NCBI GenBank assembly: GCA_010405405.1
Contig: MU004236.1
Location: 2,114,070 to 2,178,069 of the forward strand
Length of the DNA: 64,000 bases
Source of the DNA: Microthyrium microscopicum
Taxonomy: Eukaryota
Direction: 5' to 3'
Positions within the stretch are counted from its first letter, which is position 1. Each line of letters opens with the position of its first letter. The notes beneath the pieces were generated by a model that saw nothing but the letters and a program-made list of their open reading frames with translations, was not told the origin of the DNA and searched no databases. This document shows positions 13,498 to 27,140 of this stretch, piece by piece. A program made the translations under genes and the position numbers.

Positions 13498-16400
13498 TAA
13501 TCTAAGTACCTCTATATTAATTTTATACTCTACGTATACTTACGTATCGTTAATAAACGCATAGAGGCGTTTAGCAATTCTCGTCGTAATTACTATAGTT
13601 ATGCTATAGATTTAGCTAATTAGTATTTAGTAATACTATTCTTAATTAGGTTTAGCGCTTGCTAAAGGTACTAGTAAATTTATAAATACTAACTAGAGCA
13701 ATGCAAATTTAGTATCGTTTACTAGAATAAAGACTACTTAGAGGCCTAAGCTTTGCCTTATAGTGTTCTTCTTAGATTCGTAAAGGTATTTATACTACTT
13801 TTTCTTTATTAACTATAAAATATACTTACTTTATTCCTTATTAAATCTATATCTATTAATCTATTAAATTAGTTCTAATTTATTAAGAAATACTATATTA
13901 TTTAGCTACGTATTACTATAAGTAAGGCGCTGCTTATTCCTAGTCTTAAATTAGTATCCTTAAGTAACTCTTATATTGCCTATAAACGTAGTAGCGTTAG
14001 TATTTAAAGTTACTTAGTTTTACCCTATTGTAATAAAGATAGCTATTTCGCTAAGAAGCTAGTTGTCCTAGATATAGAAATTAATTAATAGTCTACTATT
14101 ATATTAATATTATAGTAAGAGAGTATCTTGGTAGTTAAATCTATTAAAAAGTTACCTCTATTGCCTAAAGCAGCTTTAGACGATAAAGATAAAGAATTCT
14201 TTTGTTAAAATACTTAAGTTAGTATTAATATTTAATAACCTTGCAAGATCGTTACTAGACTATTAACTATAGTACCTATTACGTTAGTAAGCATAATAAA
14301 AGAGCTAGGATTAAAAGATAAAGAGGTATTAACTTTTAATATTATTATTAGTAGTCTACTAGATAAAGGCGCGTTAAAAGTAAGATTGCCTATTAATATC
14401 TACTATTAGCTAGAATTACTAATACGCAAAAAAGAACCTTATAATATTCCTATGTCGTTTCTATCCTATCTACCCTTAGAACTAGTAGACCTTAATAGTA
14501 AAGTCACATTACTTACTAGTATAAAGCCTTTATTTATATAGGTATTATATAGAGTTAGACTAGAGGTAAAGAAATAGATATTAGCAGTTCTTTAGAATAA
14601 TTTTAATAATTCTACTATTCTTTAGAAATATTATGCATTAATGTTTAATAGTAAGTATCTAGATTAATATATTAAGTTTATAGAAGAAGATTAATTCTTT
14701 AAATAACTATATACTACGTTAATAATTAATTAAACTATAGTATTACGTTATTAGTCTACTTAAAAACTTTAAGATTAGCTAGTAGGAGAACTTATAGACG
14801 CTAATATAAAAGTAGGTTAACTAGGTAAATTAGTAGAAGTACTATAGGAAGAGGTAGCTATCTATTAGTAGATAATAATAAATCTTAAAGCGCTTATTAG
14901 CTAAATTTACTATAACTATAAGTTAGTACTAACTACTACTCGTTTAAATAAATAAGCAGCTCTTACTAAATTAGCAAAGAAGTATAACACTAATTTATAA
15001 TATTATAAGTTAATTATTAACCTTTGCTACTAAATCTAAGAGCTTAAGAATAGACTTTAAGTAAATGCAAATTAAGCCTAAGTTAACCTAGAAGATTTAG
15101 AAGATAACCTTTTATTAAGTTGCTCTATACTATAAGTAATATATCTAGTAGTTTTATACCTTTAGCTCTAAGCCTAAGGAATATATTATATCTTGCTATT
15201 ATTAGTAGCTAATAGTAGCTCCCTAGTAATACTTACGAAGTTTAAAGAACTTAGTAATTTTAAAGGTAAACTTGCGTACTATAAATAGTAGAAGGAGAAA
15301 ATATTAAATATACTTCTTAATAAGAATATATATCTTTATATCCTTACTAAAAAGAAGAAGATTAAGTTTATCTATATTTAATGTACTAGCCTAGCTTATG
15401 GCATTATAGTTATATAAAGAGGTTATAAGTTAAAGGACCCTTACTATACTATAGAAGAGATATAGATAGACTTAGATAAATACTATTGCTCTAAGAATGC
15501 TTTTAAAGATGCTAAAGTATAGTTAAAGTCTTTAGATACTAAGATAAAAGATATAGAAGGTCTCTAGGCCTTTATTAGTTGCTTCTTAATAAATTTAGTA
15601 AATATAGAACTATTAGAGCGTAAGAAGATTATTAAATTACAAGATCTTATTAATTATAAGTTTATAAACTTACTAGTAGGCTAGTATTTTAGTAGTTTTA
15701 CTATATTTTGTACTTAACTTTACCTTATCGCGCGCTAAATTAATTATAAGCTTGTTGCTATAAATAATAACTCTTATAGCTATAATAATAATTAGTCTAC
15801 TAATAAAGGGGCCTAAAATAATAAAAATAGTAATGTTAACTAGCCTATAGACGTCTTTAACGCCTTAAAGATAAATAAACATTACGTTTATTATAAATAA
15901 AAGGATTACTACTACTTTAATAAGACTACGCTGTATAAAGATTAGGAACCCTTATTTAATAATAAGATTAAAGCCTTAGTTATATCTTTAGTAGTAATGT
16001 TTACAAAAGTTTAAAAAGAATAGTAACCCTCTATAAAGGATGCTACTAAGGATGATAACTATTAGTCTTTAAACTAGACGCTTCTTTACTAAGCTATAAA
16101 AAGGAGCTAAATAAGACTAAAGCGCATAATAAAAGAAAGAAATGCGCCTTTAACGCTATAACTAAGCGCGCAAAGGAAATATTCTATTAATATAATGAGG
16201 AATAGCGCTAAAATACTAAGAAAGCTAAGGAGATATTTTATTAAGTAGAAGAAGACTATAAGAATATTAAAGAAAAAGCTTAAGAGAAGACTAAGAAGAT
16301 ACTTAGTTACCTTTACTAGTATATTTAACGCCTTAAGCATAAAGATGCTATTTATAAAGGACGCATCTCCTTAGTATACTTATACGTTATCTATATCTTG

Positions 16401-19400
16401 CTAGCCTTTATTATATTAGTAGTATAGCCTTAGAATATTAAAAAGAAAGATCCTATTATTAGATTATAATAAACTACTATTAGCTTAATATTTATACTAT
16501 AGCGTTTAACTTACTTTAATGCTAGCATTTTAATTAATACTAGTAGTGGTATAATAGGAATTATTAATCCTTATTATCTTTAGTAATATAGTATTCTAAC
16601 GTTTTAATTAGCTTATCTATACTTAGTAATACTTGCTAATAGTAAGTTAGTATCTATAGTTAATAAAGCTACTATCCTTAACCTATGTATTAGATACTAT
16701 ATTAAGTAAATTAGTTATTTTATTATAAAAGTAGTCTCTTACGATCTAATTCTAGGAGTATCTTAACTAGATTAATATAAAGTTAATTTATACGGAGGAT
16801 TAAGAACATTAATCTTTTATAGTATAAGATATATTATAAATTATATTATATCGCGACGCCTAATTACTATAAACCTAAAAGGATAATCTATAAACTTAAA
16901 ATTACTTAAGGAATTAGATATTACTTTTATATTCGTAGCGACGTTTAAAAAACTAATAAAGCGTAAAGATGTTGTAGTTAATATATTTTAGCCTAAAGAT
17001 TTTAATAATAAGAAAGAGAAGAAACCTCTTAATAATAAGGATAATAATAATAGGTTTGCTATAAATCTTATAGCATATGCTATATTAGAAGAGAATTATC
17101 TTAAATAGTAAGACAAATAAGACCGCCCTTACCTATTAAAGGAAGAGATTTTAAAACTTATTCTAGAATATTTCTACTAATATTTTGAAGTCTTTAATCT
17201 AAAGCGTTTAGATATCCTTATACTATATTGTGGTAAATATAACTACGCTATTAATCTTATTCCTAATGCTAAAATTCTAAAACGCTAACCTATATTGATG
17301 TTACTAAAGTAAGCGTTAGTTATTAAGTAATATATTAAGAGTTTACTCTAGCGTAGTTTTACTATAGGTTCTAAATCTTAATATACTATACCTATGCTTT
17401 ACGTAAGTAAACTAAGAGGAGGTATCTACGTCTATATTAACTACTATAAATTAAATAATATTACTATTAAAAATAGTAACGTTCTACTACTTCTTAGCGA
17501 GACGCTTATATGCTTTATAAAGGCAAAATATTACTCTAAGTTTAATATTATTACTGCCTTTAAACGTATCTATATTAAACCTAGAGATAAATATAAAATA
17601 GCATTTTTAACACGCTATAGCCTATTTAAGTTTAAAGTGCTACTCTTTAGCTTTATAGGGGGACTAGGGATATTCTAAGTGTATATTAATTATGCGCTAA
17701 TATAGTTTTTAGATAATTTTGCAACTATCTATTTAGATAATATTTTAGTATTTAGCAAAACACTAGAAGAATATAACGCCTACGTATATTTAGTACTAGA
17801 CGTATTAAAACGTATAGGCTTATTTCTTAATATTAAGAAGTTAGAGTTCGCTATTTAAGAGGTGAAATACCTTAGTCTAATTATTACTATAGAAAGTATT
17901 AAAATAGACTCTTCTAAGGTTAATGCCATAGTTAATTAAGAATAACTAAGTTATTTTAAAGATATATAGGCGTTCCTTAGATTTGCGAACTTCTATTAAC
18001 GGTTTATTTTTGATTACTTTACTATAGTAGCACCCTTAACGAATCTTACTTAGAAGGATGCTTTAGCTATATTCCCTTGGGATCTTGATAGGCCTAAAGA
18101 ATAAGCTTTTAAGAAGCTAAAAGTGGACTTTACTAGCGCGCTAATACTTTAACACTTTGACTATACTAAGGAAACTTAAATAGAGACGAACGTATTAGAT
18201 TAAGCTTATGCTGCTATATTGTTATAGAAAGATATAAATAGTAATCTAAGACTAGTTGTCTTCCTCTCTAAAAAGATATTACTAGCGAAATATAATTACA
18301 ATATTTATAATAAGGAATTACTTACTATTATCTACGCTTTTAAGGAATAAGAGCCTAAGTTATTTAGTACTAAAGATGTTATAAAGGTATTCTTAGATTA
18401 TTAAAATCTTTAAACCTTTATAAAGACTAAGAAGCTTATACGCTATTAAATGCGCTAAGCTAAATTTCTATTATAGTTTTACTTCTTAATTAAGTATTGC
18501 CCTAGTAAAGATAATAGTAAAGCTAACGCTTTAACCTAAAGATTATAAGACGTACCTTAGAGTGATAAAGACCTATAGGTTAAGCAATAGTATTAACTAC
18601 TCCTATTCCTATATTAATTTAGTACTAAACGAGCTATTAAGCTAGCTATAATTCTTATTAACCCTATTACCTTATCCTTTATATAGATAGCTATGCTTAC
18701 GTTAGATAAGCTAAATATTACTATAGTAGGGGAGTCTAATTTAGAACTTATTATAAAGAGCTCTTAGAATAGAGCTCTAGCTAGTTTGGATAATTTACTA
18801 CTAGTTAATACTAAATCCTTAGATTTTAACCTTAAGTAGTTTATATAGAAAGTAATAAAAGTGAGTAAAGAAGATGAGTTACTTATTGTAATCTAACTAG
18901 TAAAGATATAAAAAGATTATTTCTTACCCTTTAGTATACTAGATTAGAATTAAATTAAATTAATAGATTATAAGGCTCTACTAAATAGTATCGTCCTCTA
19001 TTAATAAAAGTTATTTATACTAACAACGTATTTACGAAATAAAGTAATAAAATAAGCGTATTAATATAAAGTTATAAGTTATAAAGGAACTATAACAACC
19101 TACTACTACCTTTAACGAGATTATTAGTAGCTAAGAATGTTAGAATATGTTAAAAAATATATTAAAGGTTATTACTATATCTTTATAAAACTAGTACGCT
19201 AAAAGAAGTAAGGGCTTCTTTATTTATTCTCTTTGCTAGATTAGGCTTAGTCTAATATTTTTATAGACTTTACTATTTTATTACTACATTATATATACTA
19301 AGGTATAGTTTATTAGTATATTATAGTTATTATTAATTGTTTGACGTAATTATAATAATTTATTACCCTTCTAAGCCTTTTAGTAGAAATAATAGTTATA

Positions 19401-20670
19401 GTATTTATTAATTAAGTATAGAAGCTATATAGTTAGCTAGATTTAATCCTCTTAGATTAAGGAACTTAATTTATATTTGCCTTTTAGGATTACCTATATA
19501 AACAAATAGACATTATGCTAAGATTAAGCATTATATAGTATCTAGAGTCTAATAGTATTACTAAAATAACTATTACCACTTTAAAATAATATCTTAGATC
19601 CTTTATTAATTAAGATTAAAATAATTAGGTAGCTTTATTATTATTTGCTAAGTTTATAATAAATTCTACTATAAGTACTACTACTAGTTTCGTACCTTTT
19701 AAGGTATAAAATAGTTTTTTACTAAAATTAAGACTTAAATTTACTTATTACCTACTACTAAAAGCGTCCTATGCTTCTATTGTAGCGCGTAAGGAAGTTA
19801 TTACTATAAATTAAGTTTAGGATAGTTATAAGAAGCTTTACAAATTCCTAAAGGAGTAATTAGTTTAGGCTTAAGCTTAGTAAAAGCTCTACGCTAATAA
19901 ATATCATTATCTAGTACTAGATCTCTATCCTAGAGACTAGGTAAGACTTAACGTATATAATTATAATACTACTTATCCTTCTAAGATACTTAATAATAAG
20001 AGTACTAGTTCCTTTAAGGTATTACGTAAAATTAATAAAGTAATCTATAAATTAGATCTTCTTAAATTAATAAAGATGCACTTAGTATTCTACGCCTAGC
20101 TACTATATTTAATTAACAATAATATATACTTATTATAAGAGTTAAATTCTTCCCTAGTAGTTGTTAGTAAGAAGAAAGGTAAAGAAGAATAGCTAGTTAA
20201 TACTATTATTAATAGTAAATAAGATAGTAGGAGTAAGAATAAGGTGCTTAAATATAAAATTAAATAAATAAGATTTTATAACAAAACTTAGTAGCCCTAG
20301 AAAGATGTTATTAACGTACCTAATACTATATTAGAATTCTATAAGCTTTATCCTTAGAAGCCTAGTCTATACCTTTCTTAGTCCCTACTAGTAAATTAAA
20401 TTAAAGAAGAAGATTATGATACTAATAAACTACCTACGAATTAGGATTATATAGTATAAAAAGTGTTATATTTATTTTATTTTTACTAATAGCTTTATAC
20501 CCTTAGTTTAGTTTTTTAATTTATGCTACTAAAGGAATTATAAGATACTACGAACTAGCTTAAATAGATATCCTCTTCTTTATTAAATAGATTTAGATAG
20601 TGCTAAGGTAAGTAGATAGTATATTACTACATCCCTTAGTAGTAATATATATAAAGGAGTTTTGTATTTA

Positions 20671-20730
20671 TATAGACTAGCCTAGCCTAGCCTAGACTAG
20701 CTTAGATTAGACTAGAATAGATTAGATTAA
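20671..20730 (+). repeat. Degenerate 5-mer tandem repeat (TAGCC/TAGAC/TAGAT) in the 3' UTR of element B
   Basis: tagactagcctagcctagcctagactagcttagattagactagaatagattagatt. Confidence 0.7.
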
Positions 20731-20769
20731 GATATAGCCTATAAGGTTTATTTTTAAGGAGGGGAGTTA

Positions 20770-20993
20770 TATAAGGAATCCTTATAGGTTTAGTATTGTG
20801 GTATTTAAATGCTAAGATCTAATCCTATAGATAAGATCTCTTTATTTCGTTTAGGGTTAGTATGTCTAAGGATATCCTAGGCCTCTACTTCTTTACATTC
20901 ATAGCTATATCTCTAGATCTCTTCTCTCTATACTTAGATCCTATAATACTAGCTACTTTCTACTCGCCTAATCGTGCCCGTTAGCTCCTTACA
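20770..20993 (+). repeat. 3' LTR of Gypsy element B
   Basis: Direct repeat of 13274-13497; ends with CA; preceded by a polypurine tract. Confidence 0.93.
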
Positions 20994-21067
20994 CGTTACT
21001 TATAACTAATTATAGTATTTTAAAGAAAAAACTTTATAGGTACTCTATTAGTAAGAAGTAATTATAA

Positions 21068-21427
21068 TATTAGAGATTAAAATTATAGAGTAGGTAAGAA
21101 GATTATAAGATACTTAATAGATTAAATATATAAAAATAGAGATAAGAGTAATTATTAAGGAACTATAAGGAAATTCCTTAGCCTCTATCTTATTACCTAA
21201 GAACCTTTAAGGTTCCTCTCTAAGCTAGAGTAGTTTATCTACAAGCTAAGGTACCTTAGAGGTATGCTTAGCTACTAATTATAATAGTTAGGAATCTATT
21301 AGTTTTCTTAACTATAGAATATACTAAAGCTAAAGAAGCAGCTCTACTAGCTTCTAATAGCTATTAGGCTAAGGTACTTAGGCTATAATACCTATCTTAG
21401 GAAGTCTATTAGGTTTAATTCCTAATA
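21068..21427 (-). repeat. 5' LTR of Gypsy element A
   Basis: Direct repeat of 4966-5325; differences seen are transitions; followed by AAATA TSD. Confidence 0.9.
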
Positions 21428-22480
21428 AAATAATATTTTTAGAAAAGATTTAGAACGAAATACTTAATAAGTATAACTTTAAAGTACTACTTATAATTAT
21501 AGTATACTATACTAGGATAAGAAGAACTATTTTAGTACTATAGATATAGTAATACGCCTAAATCTTTATTAATACTTTAAAGTCTAGTAACTTTATATAA
21601 AGAATACTTTATATAAGAATTATAATAAGTTAAAAACTTAATTAGATTTAACTACTTAAGTTATAGAGCTATAATATATACTATATTAATAATATATATT
21701 ACTATATATAGATTAAATATATAATAGTATAAAAAGTTTAGAAAGAGGCTACTACTATTTAGTACTATTTAACTCTTAAAGAGCTATAATATATACTTCT
21801 TAAGAATATTTATAAAATAGTTACATTTATATATATAGATATTATTAGCTAAGCTTTAGAACTAAAGTAGTAATTTAATATAATTTATAGAACTACTACT
21901 TAGGCTATTTAGAAAGTATATAGAATATACTTATAAAACTATATAATATACTATAAAATACTAAGAGTTATTAGCCTTTATTATATTACTTTAATATAGA
22001 ATAAGATTATAAATAAAAGATCTCTAGTAATAAATAAGTACTATTATAGTATAGTCTATAATCCTATAAACTTTATAAAAAGATAAAAGAAAAGGCTTTT
22101 AAGTATAAAAGTAAAGTATAGCCTAAAATGCCTTACTAGAATAAGTTCTATAAGTTTTATAATAGGAGTACTAATAAGTATAGAGATAGGTAATAAAGAT
22201 AATTTACTTACTAATAAGATTAACCTATTATCTAATAAGTTATAAGAGTAGTTTAAATTAGTTTATATATTATATAAACAAAAGAGTATTAATTTTACTA
22301 ATAAAAGAGATAATAATAGAATAAGATAAGGATTTTATTAATAAGAATAATAGTTATAAAGGTACTTATAGCTATATCTTAATATTCTACTATAGCTCTA
22401 ATAGAAACTAATAATTAAATATAAAGAGGATACTTAAGTTATTATTAGAGTTTAATTCTTCTAGTTTTAGGCTATGTCTA
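21428..22480 (+). mobile_element. Probable 3' continuation of the LINE interrupted by element A
   Basis: The TSD implies continuity with the sequence ending at 4965; same RIP signature; no decisive motif read. Confidence 0.5.
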
Positions 22481-23917
22481 TAGTTAGGCTATAATATAAA
22501 ATTATACCATCCTAATTGGTGCTTAGTTAACTATATACTAATCAAAAACAAAACCATTTACCTCCAAATGCTTAAAGACAAGCCACAAGCAAGATCGTCC
22601 ATGCAGGACCACTGCACATTCTTAGCTACTTTGGGCATATCCACCTGCCTGTAATAATTAGCAAAAGTCGACAAGGGCTGCTTGTGTAGTATGTGTACAT
22701 GCTATATTAAAAAAAAGCCCGCTCCTTGCGTACCTGCGTGAAACCTACCTCGACACGGAACGCGGAGAAGCCTCCCGCTGAACAAGGCTCATGTGCATTG
22801 GTGCAGACTAAAAGCAACAGTTCGATAGTCTACCAAACATTTCTTCTTTGTTGCCAGGCCAATCGAGTCTAGCATTCATTTATCGTATTCATACCTCAAT
22901 AGATCGATTGTAGCTAGGTAGTTATCTCATAGACCACTTCAAAGAATAAGGAATAAGAAGTTCATCGTAAGATAAACTGCATGATCGAGTTATTCTCATT
23001 ACGCTGTAAATATGCTGCTCGACTCGTCCCAAAAGAAGGAACTAATCCCACAATCCCCCCTCCCATTCCCACAGTCTACCAACCACCTGAAAATAATCGG
23101 AAACCAGCATTCCCTTCTTGCCGCAAACTGTTTCACGTTTCGCCTCGCCCCCAGTCCACAAATGGCAGGAAGGTTTTGCTAGTCCTCGATGCAACCAATC
23201 ACCAATGCAGCTTCACAGATTCTTCGGTATTTCCATCGTATCAATGCGCCCAGCGGGGACCTAGGTATGCATTTTTGGTCGTCCTAGCTTTAATGGTCTA
23301 TGATGTCTATATTTGTGCACTTTGCTCGTTTGGTTTGTTGGTGAATTTGAGTTGGTGCGGTCCAGTAAGGGAGGCTGGGAGGGCCAGGGATACGAATGGA
23401 TTGAACGATCGTTACAAACTCAGCCTTGCGCCCAGCCTGAGAGAGGCCCGCTAGTGCGCCTTGGGCGAATGAGGCGTGCGCCCTGAGTGGAGGGCGAGTG
23501 CACTGTGGAGAGGCATAAAATCGATATCACTTCATTGTTGTTACTGTGCAGTTGGTGCAAAAGTTCGCAAACCTTACAATTGAATCAGCCTCGAGGGTAA
23601 AAGACTTGACTCAATGTTCCAGTTCATCACAAGCACAGCGTAACAAAGCATGAGAGCAAACTGAAAGCTATTTCATCATTTCATTCCACGCACCACAAAA
23701 GGCCTGCTAAGAAAGTAGTTATTTTTGAAAAACCATAGGAAAACAATGCCCACTGCAGTTATTCAAATTTCCTGGCTATGAGCAGAACCAAAAACTACCG
23801 CGCAGTGTAATTGCGCAGATCAATATGTGACGCCTTTCGCTAATGCAAATCCGCTGCCCAAGATGCCCATGGCTAAGAATGAACGGGGTCCCCTTTTCGT
23901 GTCCGATTCGCTTGTAC

Positions 23918-24583
23918 CTATGCAGAGTTGTTGAGTTCGTCCTCGGATAGGTCGCGGTGGCGGGCTAGGACAAGGCGTTGGTACTCGACGGGGTCTTTGT
24001 CCCAAAGCTCGGCGGCTTGACCGTTGAGTGGGCTTGCACTGTTGTAGCACGTTAGTTGTAGGTTTTGTGAGATGAGGTGGGGGAAGGTTACTTATTGGGT
24101 TCTCCGAGAAGGCTTTGCAGACTGAGAAGCACGCTCTGAACGTTGTAGATAGCGCTCCACTTATCCTTGAGGATGTCTAGACAGATACGGCCCGAGAAGT
24201 CAATGTTGGGGTGGTAGATTGGCGTCTTGAAGAGCACTGTTGGCGCAGAGTATGGGTAGTTTGCTGGGAAGTCGAAGGAAAGCTTGAAGTTGAGGCCGGC
24301 GTATGGGGTATCTGCCGGGCCAACGATGGTGGCGGTCCAAAGGAGGAGGTTACCGTCGTTTGGAAAGGCGCTGATGCCTGGCGTCGACGACATCATTAGC
24401 GACATCAATTCTGATTGTAGCCTGTGGGTCTGTTAGTTTCCTCTGCTAAGCAGAAGGTGTATCGTGGGTTTCTAACCGCTTGGTGACATTAGCTGTGCCA
24501 TTGGTATTGCGGGCAGGACTCGATGTCTTTGTCATGGTGGAATTGGTTGTGGTGGTAGATGCCTGGTTGAGTAACGAGTCCAT
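23918..24583 (-). CDS. UBC11: Ubiquitin-conjugating enzyme E2-C (UbcH10/Ubc11 type), 3 exons
   Basis: [24 protein letters not shown]...[47 protein letters not shown]; exons 24583-24477, 24421-24092, 24038-23918 with GT-AG introns. Confidence 0.9.
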
Positions 24584-25316
24584 GGAGAGATGTAGTCCTA
24601 GTAGCAGACACGAATAGGTAGAGCGATATTTATGGGCGCGAAGCTAAGCGTAATGCCAGCAACTAGCTTTGATATAAGATTGATGAGGTTCCGACAGGAT
24701 GTAGGGCGCTGCAAGTGTAGGTTCTTTGTTGTAGGAAGTCGAGCTAGGTGAGAGTGGTGGATAAAGAAAGAGATAATGGAGAGAGTCACGATTGGCAAAG
24801 TGAAGGAAGTGAAGATGATTTATTTTAGCAAGTGGTGATTGATCGCTGTTGGTGTTTCTCCAGCCTTGCGCGCGGGTTGCATGGAGCAACAACGAGCACG
24901 GCCAATCGCTGCTTCTGCTTACGCGACATTTTCGCGATCTCGAAACTTCTCCCATTCAATTAACCACCAAATAAAGAAACATACTATTTTATGATTGATT
25001 TCTTATCACCTCGCCTTAAAACTAAAACACTCAACAATTCTCCCATTCACTGGTAATTGTCCATACTGCATTACTACCTATCGTTTCACAAACCAAAAAA
25101 CTCCATGACGCATTAGATGGGTTAGTTCATCAAGCATATGACGATAGGCGAGACTTATTGCATGTTATGTCAATCTAGTATTTTGCAGCAGAAAGGTCCT
25201 AAAGGATATCAGATGTGGTCGCTGCCGAGCCATGCCTTCCAATGGCTTTATTAGTTACACAAAAGGACAAATGATGAAATATTATACAAGTTGATAAGAA
25301 CATTTGATGTGTTGCT

Positions 25317-26759
25317 TCAAAGCCCTTGCTTAGCAAGCATGTCTGGAGGGTCAGTATTGTACGGAGTGGCAAGGAGCTTAGTACATACCAGCAATATGAA
25401 GATAGAGCGCGGTTCCATCAAAACTACATAACATGTTAGCACAGCTCAAATCGGTCCTTTGTTTTCGACAGACTTACTGAGCGGGTGTCCCAGTCAGTAC
25501 TCGAAACCAGTGCTTTACTCGGCTTGTCCAATTGATCAAATCAAGGTGGCTGACGCCGGTTATAGTTCCTTTGTACTCTCCCCATTTACTACTGGGAACG
25601 CTTGAACAGTCGTTAGTATCGTAACGAAGAGAGCAGCAATGCATCACCAACCTAACAAGCCCATCGTTGGGTGCGTTTTCGAGGCGCTTAATAATGTCGT
25701 GAGAAGCTCGAAATACCGAGAAATGAGCAGGCTCTAAAGAAGCTCCATAGGAGTAGTATCTCGGCCGGATCAGCTTCTGTGCGAACTTGTAAGTAGAGAT
25801 ACATACCGAACGCTATCAAGATCTGGTGTTTTGGGGTTGAAAGTTTTAGTCATGTACTTTCGCGTTAGCTGAGTGAATGCACCAGTCTCCAAGCCAACCG
25901 ATTCCATGGCTTTGAAAATCCGAGGGGCATGCTGAGCTGAGTTTAATCAATATATTATTCATGATGTTTGTGGTTCAGAACCTACGTCCAATTGTGTCGA
26001 ACACATAGTCGGCAAACCCAGAGCCACGATGCGGAGTTGCAATCGTTGTCAATGACATTACCTTCACACTCGACGGCTTCAGCTGACTGATCATATATCG
26101 TGAATCGAGGCCGCTGGAAATGGTTGATTAGCGATATGCTCCTCGAATGATTGATATTACACAATACATACCCCTAAGAGAAGTTAGCATGGATAAAGCT
26201 CTCATCAAATAAGAGTCATACCATGCTGTGTCTGCAATAAGTCAGTAATGGCCCGCCATGCTTCCAGAAAGCAACTCACGCAATAATATTGACACTCCGA
26301 CCTCCTGCTTTCTCCTCAATACTTTCAGCAAGTCTAGCCGCACGCGCTTCAATGGATCCAGATGGAGGCACTGAAGTGACGATAACTTCAATCTTTTTGA
26401 GCTGCAAAGCTTCTCGAATACCTCTCCAGTATTCGACGCCTGGCAAAAGATTTCCTGCAAGGCGGAACTCATCGAATCCGAAGAGCCCATGGGCGAGAAC
26501 GATTGGATTGTGCGGTGTTTCTAGGAGCGCAATTAGCTCTGGATATAGCCATCATTTCTGTGAGAAGATGTGATAAAAGTAAATGATAGAGCATGTACTG
26601 ACCGTAAGTATCTCGAAGCTTGCTGAAATCGGTTTTCTGTATCTTTTCTGGCTCTTGTATCTTGGCCTTCTCCATGCAACGCGTCATCGTTGAGAAAGGT
26701 CGCTGGACGCAGACAATCTTGCCGGCGCCGCCCATCCCTCTTCGTAATAAGAGAGACAT
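25317..26759 (-). CDS. TGL2: Triacylglycerol lipase, TGL2-like alpha/beta hydrolase, multi-exon
   Basis: PIVLAHGLFGF...YWRGIREAL...GSIEARAARL...VNIIAHSMGGLDSRY...TPHRG; ends DMLAKQGL*; Arg-rich, mitochondrial-like N-terminus; includes 10-nt and 2-nt exons. Confidence 0.85.
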
Positions 26760-27140
26760 TTTTTAGATAACTTTATCATAGTTCCAAAGGATGAAGACTG
26801 GGTCAAGATATCATCTGTATGATGGAGGTGGGATGGAAGTTGCTGCCGTTGGAGATTGTTGGCGCAATCAATCAAGAAGGGTCGACCTAGAGTTTCTCGT
26901 TTTTCAACCCACCAAAACTACTTCTTGCTGTAGAGGTTATAGATATAAGCTTTTGAAAATATATACACTTTTGAATTATGAGAAGACTGCGAACAGTCTT
27001 CGGCTCTATCATGACATGATTACTGAATAATAAAATTTGCGTCGATTGTGATGTTATCAAAAGTATTAAGGAGTAAAAGCATTACCTACCGGTACCTATC
27101 TATCGTACCTACTAGTACTGATACTAGAAATACTAAAATG

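Larger units (their letters stand above)
13274..20993 (+). mobile_element. Ty3/Gypsy chromovirus 'B' (RIP-degenerate, full length, nested in A)
   Basis: 224-bp LTRs TGTAAGG...CCTTACA; TSD CATTA/CGTTA; PPT AAGGAGGGGAG before 20770; protease LINTSSG (~16530), RT YLDNILVFS (17730), RNase H ETNVLD (18183) and NYNIYNKELLTII (~18295), integrase ILLD*GT*F (~19445), chromodomain EE*LVNTIINSK...KYKIK (~20185-20310). Confidence 0.93.
4966..21427 (-). mobile_element. Ty3/Gypsy chromovirus 'A' (RIP-degenerate, full length, interrupted by element B)
   Basis: Direct ~360-bp LTRs flanked by AAATA on both sides. Minus-strand motifs: zinc knuckle KY*NYTKIGYIAYNYP (~12110-12160), RT YLNNILIFS (=YLDDILIFS, ~10830-10855), KLDIKYISSFKVI (GPF, ~8750-8790), chromodomain YYYKVK*KNY...S*EL (~8480-8590). 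Confidence 0.9.
1..22500. repeat. AT-rich, RIP-mutated retrotransposon block
   Basis: Very low GC, strong TpA excess and CpA/TpG depletion, almost no ORFs; retroelement motifs are recoverable by reversing C>T/G>A; composition switches abruptly near 22.5 kb. Confidence 0.95.

Noticed and set aside
5998..17678. Short ORFs in the AT-rich block (5998-6237, 16107-16340, 17394-17678)
   Set aside because: Chance stop-free stretches of RIP-mutated retroelements; 17394-17678 is an RT fragment of element B, not an independent gene.
22981..23454. 157-aa ORF next to the RIP border, with GC-rich hairpin-like sequence at ~23430-23510
   Set aside because: No recognisable motif, signal peptide or RNA family; cannot be supported.
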